From positions 1 through 15,223 of the forward strand of contig NW_021825542.1 in the NCBI RefSeq assembly GCF_006345805.1: a stretch of 15,223 nt of DNA. The letters are read 5' to 3'. The position numbers were made by a program, and so were the translations under genes. Below are positions 8,104 to 15,223 of this stretch, one piece after another. Below the pieces are notes generated by a model, which was not told the DNA's origin, did not search any database, and worked only from the letters and a program-made list of their open reading frames with translations. Source of the stretch: Octopus sinensis. Taxonomy: Eukaryota. Within the stretch, counting starts at the first letter, position 1; every line of letters starts with the position of its first letter.

Positions 8104-8723
8104 GTGTTTGTAGTAAGTAGTTTGCTTATGAAGGAACACATGGTTCCGGGTTCAGTCCCCTTGCGTGGCACCTTGGGCATGTGTCTTCTACTATAGCCTC
8201 GGGCCGACCAAAGCCTTATGAATGGATTTGGTAGACGGAAACTGAGGAGAAGCGCGTCATCTATATATATATATTATATATATATATATATTATATATAT
8301 ATATATAGATATATATATATTATATATAGGAGTGGCTGTGTGGTAAGTAGCTTGCTTACCAACCACATGGTTCCGGGTTCAGTCCCACTGCGTGGCATCT
8401 TGGGCAAGTGTCTTCTGCTATAGCCCCGGGCCGACCAATGCCTTGTGAGTGGGTTTGGTAGACGGAAATTGAAAGAAGCCTGTCGTATATATGTATATAT
8501 ATATATGTATGTTTGTGTGTTTATGTTTGTCTCCCTAGCATTGCTTGACAACCGGTGCTGGTGTGTTTACGTCCCCGTCACATAGCAGTTCGGCAAAAGA
8601 GACCGATAGATTAAGTACTGAGCTTACAAAGAATAAGTCTCGGGGTCGATTTGCTCAACTAAAGGCGGTGCTCCAGCATGGCCGCAGTCAAATGACTGAA
8701 ACAAGTAAAAAGAGAGTAAAAAG

Positions 8724-8754
<31 letters not shown>

Positions 8755-8957
8755 TTTGTGTTTGTATATGTCTGTGTGTCTGGGTTTGTCCCCCCGCAAC
8801 ATCGCTTGGCAACCGATGCTGGCGTGTTTTCGTCCCCGTAAATTAGCGGTTCGGCAAAAGAGACCGATAGAATAAGTACTGAGCTTACAAAGAATAAGTC
8901 TCGGGGTCGATTTGCTCGACTAAAGGCGGTGCTCCAGCATGGTCACAGTCAAATGAC
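8104..8957 (+). mobile_element. Outer SINE family A, split into a 5' half (8104-8261) and a 3' half (8752-8957)
   Basis: The head ends at GAAGCGCGTCATC before (TA)n. An orphan 3' half resumes after the second (TA)n and ends at CAGTCAAATGAC. Confidence 0.8.
8329..8724 (+). mobile_element. Inner full-length SINE family A, flanked by (TA)n on both sides
   Basis: Complete from the GGAGTGGCTGTGTGG head to the GAGTAAAAAGA tail; (TA)n at 8262-8328 and 8724-8751. Confidence 0.9.
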
Positions 8958-9372
8958 GATAGGATTGAGAACACTACTTCGAATATTAGCAGCATCCTTA
9001 CAAACGCAACATAGATCGTCTCAGTTATGGTCGATTAGCAAAAGATGGTCTTATAGCTATGGCATACACAGCTCGAGAAGACGGATGGCCCCTACAGTAA
9101 AAGGGTAAAGGAGTAAAAGGGAGCCTTCTGACTATGACATAGAGGTCTTTGATCGCCAATGCGCATCAGAAGAGCAGATCAAATGGCAAAAGAATAAAGC
9201 TGCTCCCAAATATTTGACCCTGACTGATGTTTGACTTCCATCACATAAGGGTCAACTTTGACGTTCTTCATTTTATGGGTGAGGTTGTGGGTTCGATGCA
9301 GCCGACTATACTCCCACCTACAAAATTTGTAGCCACGTGCCAAAATAGATAGCAAAAGCTGTTGGAAAGCAT

Positions 9373-9442
9373 TCTTCTTCTTCTTCTTCTAAATATTATT
9401 ATTATCATTACTACTACTACTACTACTACTACTACTATTACG

Positions 9443-9479
<37 letters not shown>

Positions 9480-9691
9480 TTATTATCATTATTATTATTA
9501 TCATATGTCGCATTATTGTTATTATTATTAGTAGTAGTATTAGTATTAATATTAGTATTAATCTTAGTATTATCATCATCATCATCATCCTCTCCCCCCT
9601 TCCTCCTCCTCCTCATCATCATCATCATCATTATTTATTATTATTATTATTATTATTATTGTTGTTATTGTTGTTGTGTTGTTGTTGTTAA

Positions 9692-9751
<60 letters not shown>

Positions 9752-9787
9752 CATTATTATTATCATTATTATTATCATTATTATTAT
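9373..9787. repeat. ~415-nt compound trinucleotide array (CTT, ATT, ACT, AGT, ATC, CCT, CAT, GTT)
   Basis: Read directly from the sequence; it generates the homopolymeric poly-I/T/L/S ORFs. Confidence 0.95.
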
Positions 9788-9790
9788 ATA

Positions 9791-10008
9791 TGAACTGGCA
9801 GAATCGTTAGCACGCCGAGCAAAATGTTTAGCGACATTTCATCTCTCTGCACGTTCTAGGTTCAAATTCCACCGAAGTCGACTTTGCCTTTCATCCTTTC
9901 GGGGGTCGATAAATTAAATACCAGTGAAACACTGGGGTCATGGAATCGACTAATCTTCCGGCCCCCAAATTTCATGCGTTTTGCCTATAGTAGGAAGGAT
10001 TGTATTTT
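9791..10008 (+). mobile_element. SINE family B, near full length
   Basis: CTGGCAGAATCGTTAGCACGCCG head, B box GGTTCAAATTCC, GTCGACTTTGCCTTTCATCCTTTCGGGG.TCGATAAATTAA core, followed by an (ATT)n tail. Confidence 0.88.
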
Positions 10009-10018
10009 ATTATTATTA

Positions 10019-10065
<47 letters not shown>

Positions 10066-10087
10066 TATTATCATTATTATTATTATT

Positions 10088-10736
10088 CAGTAGTTTTATT
10101 TTTATAGCGTGCTTTCACTTCACTACCGAACGCAGCTCTGTGTGCCTTGGGTATGTGCTGTGATTTGTTGTGATGCTCTGATGTTTATTGTATGGAAAGT
10201 GTTCTGTGTAGGATGTATGCAGTGCCTAGTAGTGGCAATTTTCTGTATGTTATATGTGTTTGTAAGTCCTGGTGTTTTGTTATGTATTTGTCTGAATATT
10301 TTTTATCATGCCTAATGCACCTACTATGATAGGAATTGTTCTGTTTTCAGATTCCACATTCTGGTACCTCTATTTCCAGGTCTTTGTATTTTGAGAGTTT
10401 CTCCATTTCTTTTAGAGACACGTTGTCATCAGCGGTATGATACATCAATTAGAAAGCATATTTTCTTCATGGTCTCTGACAACTATATCTGGTCTGTTGG
10501 CCTTAATTTCTCTATCTGTGTGTATCGGCATATCCCAGAGTATGGTTGCTTTCTCGTTTTCTGTGACCTTTCTGGTGTGTGCCTATACCATCTTTTTTTC
10601 TGTTGTTATTCCATAATGTTGGCATAGCTTCAATGTATGTAGGTTCCAACTCTGTATGTCTGTGAATATATTCCTTCTTAGCCAGGACTGGGCAGCTAGA
10701 GATAATATGATTTATTGTTTCTTGTCCATCTCCACA
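10088..10736 (-). mobile_element. 5'-truncated R4/Dong-clade non-LTR retrotransposon (zinc-knuckle remnant, restriction-like endonuclease, 3' UTR), frameshifted as given
   Basis: Minus-strand segments: CGDGQETINHIISSCPVLAKKEYIHRH, ENEKATILWDMPIHTDREIKANRPDIVVRDHEE, CFLIDVS, DDNVSLKEMEKLSKYKDLEIEV, IPIIVGALGMIK, LLGTAYILHRTLSIQ* (stop at 10185-10187). These contain the ET..H....C, RH, RPD-D and K..KY motifs. (TAA)n lies on both sides, the known Dong target. Confidence 0.9.
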
Positions 10737-10772
10737 TTATTATTATTATTATTAGTAGTAGTAGTATTATTA

Positions 10773-10826
<54 letters not shown>

Positions 10827-10827
<1 letters not shown>

Positions 10828-11026
10828 AATTCCACCGAAGTCGACTTTGCCTTTCATCCTTTCGGGGGTCGATAAATTAAATACCAGTGAAACACTGGGG
10901 TCATGGAATCGACTAATCTCCCGGCCCCCAAATTTCATGCGTTTTGCCTATAGTAGGAAGGATTGTATTTTATTATTATTATTATTATTATTATTATATT
11001 ATTATTATTATTATTATTATTATTAT
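10827..11026 (+). repeat. Near-exact copy of 9864-10087 (SINE B 3' part plus (ATT)n)
   Basis: 10827-10971 vs 9864-10008: 144/145 identical (T9957/C10920). Both (ATT)n tails carry an ATTATATT interruption. Confidence 0.95.
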
Positions 11027-11578
11027 CTTAAAGATAAAGCGTAGTCTACAGAGACATGTACAGTATCAAAATTAACAGTTCCCGAGAGGCACTTGCTGGA
11101 ATGTTCGCATGTTTTTGAACAAACATCATACACTAACATGAATGCAGATGGCGAGAGTTACACACACACACACACACACATACACACGCACACAAACATA
11201 CGCACACGAGCAAACACATCACGCATATACATATATATATATATGCGCATACACGTACACACATACACTTACAGGCATGTAATAACGAACCCTTACACTT
11301 ACATATGCGCATGCGTAAGCATGCACGCGACTACACACATACACACACATAGATATAGAAAGACATAACCCTCAATGCAAATGGATACCGAAAGCTGATA
11401 GACGAAGGCAAACATACTCATCCTGAGATCTTCTTCTACAGGAAGAAAAACGTCTATGTATGTGTATGTTTAGAAATATAACGCACAAATATAGTAGTTC
11501 ATTGAAAGCTTCGAATGACTTGTCTGTTTTCCGTGTTCGTCACTTCGTGTATTTCACGTTCTTATATATAAAGTTTAT

Positions 11579-11629
<51 letters not shown>

Positions 11630-11684
11630 GGTGTGTGTGTGTGTGTGTGTGTATAAAATATGTATATATATATGTATATATATA

Positions 11685-11722
<38 letters not shown>

Positions 11723-11737
11723 TATATATATGTATAT

Positions 11738-11829
11738 AGTGTCTTCTACTATAGCCTCGGGCCGACCAAAGCCTTGTGAGTGGATTTGGTAGACGAAAAC
11801 TGAAAGAAGCCTGTCGTATATATGTATAT

Positions 11830-11861
<32 letters not shown>

Positions 11862-12063
11862 ATTTGTGTGTTTGTCCCCCTAGCATTGCTTGACAACCGA
11901 TGCTGGTGTATTTATGTCCCCGTTACTTAGCGGTTCGGCAAAAGAGATCGATAGAATAAGTACTGGGCTTACAAAGAATGAGTCCCGGGGTCGAGTTGCT
12001 CGATCAAAGGCGGTGTTCCAGCATAGCCGCAGTCAAATGACTGAAACAAGTAAAAGAGTAAAA
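11738..12063 (+). mobile_element. 5'-truncated SINE family A inserted in (TA)n
   Basis: Starts at AGTGTCTTCTACTATAGCC and ends at GAAACAAGTAAAAGAGTAAAA; TA-rich tracts on both sides. Confidence 0.9.
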
Positions 12064-12091
12064 TATACACGTAATATACATATAATATATA

Positions 12092-12142
<51 letters not shown>

Positions 12143-12881
12143 GGTATCCATACACGCAAAGATATATACATACATATACACACACATACAACACATATGT
12201 GTGCGTGCGTGTGTGCATATATACTTTTGTAATTTCACCTGGCAGCAAGTTAGAAAAGTGATTGAAGGTCTCATGAACGAAACTTCCGGCACTTGAGTCA
12301 CTTTTGTAACTTTCTACCAATTAAAATTTTTTAAAAAATGAATATATACGCATGTATTGAGTTCTGTTTCTTTTGTTTGTTCTACCAAAACCTATCTGCG
12401 TATGTGTGTGCATGTGTATACAAACATATTATATAGGGCATGTGTATAAATATATTTGGCCTTCTTTATACATTATATAATATAACACATACATTTATGT
12501 ATAAACACACGCGCTCACACATATAGAAGTATGCTATAACTCTTATACACGGCGGGTTCTCAAATCACTTCGTTTTAGGCGTCTTTGTCAATGGGTGGGA
12601 AACGTGTCGGCTGTTTCTGTGAATAGATGTAATGTAATTTAGTAATATGAGACATGATACTGATGAATTCTTTGATTTGTGATACTTTGGAGACCCACTA
12701 ATCAGTTTTACACCAGGAAGCCTCGTGATGTTGCAGGTATGAATGGCTTGGTCTCAGTGCTGTTAAAAGCATGTCTACACGCAGCTTTAATCCGCCTCTA
12801 AGCCAAACTCGAGTGTGTAGCGTTCTTTACAATCTGTGATTTCATTAAAGCAAAACGCTTCGAGGAAGATGCAGTTGAATG

Positions 12882-13086
12882 GTTCTAAAATTTTGGCACC
12901 AGGCCAGCATTTTCAAGGAAGGGGCTATGTCTATTATATCGACCCAAGCCGGTGCTCAACTGTCATTTATTTTATCGACCCGGTAAGGATGAAAGACAAA
13001 GTTAGTCTTAGCTGAATTTGAAGTTGGAACGTAAGGACGGAAAAATGCTTCTAGTTATTTTGCCTGTCGTGCTAACGATTCTACAG
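12882..13086 (-). mobile_element. Old SINE family B copy, minus strand
   Basis: TTTTATCGACCCGGTAAGGATGAAAGACAAAG...GAATTTGAA...CGTGCTAACGATTCT is the reverse complement of the family-B head and core. Confidence 0.8.
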
Positions 13087-13141
13087 AGTGAGAATGCGAA
13101 AAAAGAAAGACTAAAGAGAGATAGAAAGTGATTGAGGGAGT

Positions 13142-13179
<38 letters not shown>

Positions 13180-13407
13180 GGGCAGATGGATACACCCCTG
13201 ATGTAGGTTAAAACCCGGTGTCGTTGTGATCCACATGGGCAGTCTATAACAAAGGATCGGGCGGGTGGATGCATCCCTGGAGAAAGCCACGTTTTGATGG
13301 TCATGTGTATGTGCTTCAGGCTCTCCTACACCGTTACCATCAGGAACTGATATATTATTCCCCTAATATCACCACCACCACCATCACCACCATCACTACA
13401 AACATAC

Positions 13408-13510
13408 CACGTCTCCCAAGGTAGCGTGCTCTTTGCTTTTGGTGTCTGCGCCGTCGGCGGCGCAGTTTCGTTGATAAGTTTGATAAAAAAAAAATATCCG
13501 GATCTGGTTT
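13408..13510 (-). CDS. Candidate 103-nt exon; all three frames open, frame unresolved
   Basis: Acceptor TTCATGCCTTTCAG| (13511-13512) and donor GTG|GTATGT (13407). Frames: KPDPDIFFLSNLSTKLRRRRRRHQKQRARYLGRR / NQIRIFFFYQTYQRNCAADGADTKSKEHATLGDV / TRSGYFFFIKLINETAPPTAQTPKAKSTLPWET. GC-richer than its flanks. An upstream acceptor at 13631 (223-nt exon) is an alternative. Confidence 0.3.
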
Positions 13511-13764
13511 CTGAAAGGCATGAATTTAATTCATTCAAGACTTTGGTAACAATACTCTTGATAACATTATCCGTGATTATAATAAGTGGCTTCCTTTGTA
13601 TTTTGATCAGGCTTAGACGTACTATATTTCCTATATTTGTTATGCATATCACAAAAGGAGGAAAAATATAATTTTTGTTGACCATTGATATTTTAAAGAT
13701 CGAGTGGTTTATAAACATCAAACATATTTGCACACACCACACACTCACACACTCAGATCTTCTA

Positions 13765-13853
13765 CCTACCTACCTACCTATCTACATTCGTACATAAATA
13801 CATACATACATACATACATACATACATACATACATACATACATACATACATAC
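13765..13853. repeat. (CTAC)n-(CATA)n microsatellite
   Basis: Read directly from the sequence. Confidence 0.95.
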
Positions 13854-13930
13854 ATGGCGATTGCTCCATCTTTAATTATGATTGCCCTCCTCGTTGTGAT
13901 TCCTCGTTGTCAAAAGCATTTCTGACTTAC

Positions 13931-14034
13931 CATCCACGACCTCTCAGGTGACCTATACCTTTCAGCTGCTTTGTAACAGTGCACTTCGGATTGGTTAAGT
14001 CGGCACATATCACCACTCTCCCATCGCCATAGGA
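13931..14034 (-). CDS. Candidate 104-nt exon; product unidentified
   Basis: Donor ATG|GTAAGT (13930), with a long pyrimidine tract before AAAG| (14035). Two open frames: SYGDGRVVICADLTNPKCTVTKQLKGIGHLRGRG and LWRWESGDMCRLNQSEVHCYKAAERYRSPERSWM. The second is phase-compatible with the KPDPDIF frame of 13408-13510. Confidence 0.3.
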
Positions 14035-14239
14035 CTTTTAGTTAATGGAATGAGAAATGACAAATGAAATCACCACAAAGGGACATGTATATGCCATTCG
14101 AATACAGAAATAAAAGCTCTGAGTCCTTGTGATAAATATTTAGTGACAAGCCGAAATGAAATGACCAGTACACGCGTAAAACCGCAGCTTTTGCATCAGA
14201 GCGTTATGACACTATTAGGCGGGAGTCGCTAACTTCCGG
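13989..14239. promoter_or_regulatory. Possible promoter-like segment
   Basis: Inverted CCAAT (GATTGGTT, 13989-13996), GGCGGGA (14218-14224) and ETS consensus ACTTCCGG (14232-14239) in CpG-containing unique DNA. These motifs are short, so the support is weak. Confidence 0.2.
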
Positions 14240-14380
14240 GGGAGTTTCTGTACATACTAATTTACCCATAGTTGGATCTTGACAAGTGTTACTGCTCTAA
14301 ATCAGAGTAGATCTGGGGACAATTATCGCTTAGAGGTCGAACCAGGGCCCACCTACCGGTTGCAGTTTAATGTCATACAC

Positions 14381-14382
<2 letters not shown>

Positions 14383-14411
<29 letters not shown>

Positions 14412-14448
14412 TGTATGTATGTATGTATGTATGTATGTATGTATGTAT
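14383..14448. repeat. (ATGT)n microsatellite
   Basis: Read directly from the sequence. Confidence 0.95.
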
Positions 14449-14679
14449 GCTGTATGTATATTTGTATGTATATATATAATATATATATACACACATACTA
14501 TAGCAGTCTATGAACTAAGTAGTTGCTCCATCCACCTCGTATCATCTTACATTGGCTTATGTCTTAAATCTCACTAAGCATTTTGCTAAAACTTTTCCCT
14601 CTTAACGTCTACCCTCCCTGCAGTATCTTTCTTGTTCACATTTTTCCACGGCATTTTTTTGTGCACTTACTTGTTTAAG

Positions 14680-14803
14680 ATGGATAACTATAAGATTGAA
14701 CTGGTCAATCTTGGAGAGACTGCAAACCTGACATACAAAAGCAATAATCGGTTTTCCACCCTTCTTGGGGTTTCCTCAAAACGCGTCTATTTCACAAGTC
14801 CAA
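14680..14803 (+). CDS. Candidate exon MDNYKIELVNLGETANLTYKSNNRFSTLLGVSSKRVYFTSP; product unidentified
   Basis: Strong pyrimidine tract ending TTGTTTAAG|ATG and a weak donor CAA|GTACCA (phase 1), compatible with the exon at 15145. It overlaps a competing minus-strand 57-nt candidate (14727-14671, donor GTAAGT). Confidence 0.25.
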
Positions 14804-14939
14804 GTACCAATATGTTTATATACTGAACAAATCCAGTAGCCCCAGCAACTTCAGAGAATGGGAACTAATAAATTATATATTATAAATGCTTAATGTTTTA
14901 TCTGATATCAGCACACTTAGTTCTAAGGTGTGATAAAAT

Positions 14940-15100
14940 GTGTGTGCATATGTGTATGTATGTATGTATGTATGTATGTATGTATGTATGTATGTATGTA
15001 TGTATGTATGTATGTATGTATGTATCTGTCTTCTGTCTGTCTATAATCTATTTAGCTAGCTAGCTATCTGTCAGTATGTCTCTCTGTCTCTTTCTCTGTC

Positions 15101-15137
<37 letters not shown>
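14940..15137. repeat. (TATG)n-(TCTG)n-(TC)n compound microsatellite
   Basis: Read directly from the sequence. Confidence 0.95.
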
Positions 15138-15144
15138 TCCACAG

Positions 15145-15223
15145 AAGCCCACTTGTTGCAAAACACTGTAGTTGTCTCGCTGAGTGCGAGGGCGCATTAT
15201 CTTCCTGAATATTATGGTTGTCT
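15145..15223 (+). CDS. Candidate exon running off the window, (x)AHLLQNTVVVSLSARAHYLPEYYGC; product unidentified
   Basis: Acceptor (TC)n-TTCCACAG| (AG at 15143-15144). Only the phase-1 frame stays open to the window end. The pyrimidine tract is a microsatellite, so it could be coincidental. Confidence 0.35.

Noticed and set aside
12239-12313. 75-nt minus-strand segment with TAG acceptor, CAG|GTGAAA donor and two open frames; ETS motif at 12282-12289
   Set aside because: The acceptor is weak and neither peptide is recognisable; kept only as a place to check in RNA-seq.
12595-12670. GAAAC (12599) and a perfect CTGATGA (12660) as a possible type II hammerhead
   Set aside because: No complementary stems I or II can be formed. 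Other CTGANGA hits (5578, 8242, and 10426 on -) lie within SINE or R4 sequence without stems.
12703-12742. 20-nt plus-strand microexon candidate (CACCAG|GAAGCCTCGTGATGTTGCAG|GTATGA)
   Set aside because: Good donor, but too short to evaluate and no supporting neighbours.
13490-13510. KPDPDIF resembles the HAD-hydrolase KPxPxIF motif; SWMKPDPDIFF loosely resembles Cys-loop receptor loop A (WxPD)
   Set aside because: Flanking residues do not supply the expected downstream GD/ED motif at normal spacing or the loop A register in any frame I tried. A 7-aa match is not enough.
25-15000. Most ORFs in the supplied track (poly-VC, HT, YI, I, T, S peptides; MTTDAGVF/STELTKNKSRGR-type peptides)
   Set aside because: They are translations of microsatellites or of SINE family A/B bodies, recur in each SINE copy, and show no coding signal.
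15180-15223. HYLPEYYG resembles inositol polyphosphate multikinase YLPKYYG
   Set aside because: Upstream residues do not match, and the segment is truncated by the window.

Overview
This is AT-rich eukaryotic, largely non-coding DNA, most likely from an octopus (inferred from remembered octopus SINE sequences and the extreme microsatellite load; not checked against a database). About a quarter of the window is simple repeats (hand estimate), and almost every ORF in the supplied track is a microsatellite or SINE artefact. Recognisable content: three tRNA-derived SINE families (A, B, C), a 3' fragment of an R4/Dong-clade retrotransposon between (TAA)n tracts, a CR1/L2-group LINE 3' end, a probable non-autonomous Helitron, and two Penelope-like termini with degenerate hammerhead-like motifs. 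No gene could be identified, only weak candidate exons (494-568 +, a minus-strand cluster at 13408-14727, 14680-14803 + and 15145-end +). The structures most worth following up are two unrelated ~240-nt fold-back palindromes lying ~300 nt apart (842-1081, 1378-1620), a near-identical ~200-225-nt duplication bracketing the R4/Dong insertion like a very long target-site duplication, and a family-A SINE nested in the (TA)n of another family-A SINE. Single-base indels are over-represented, so frame-based conclusions need raw-read confirmation.
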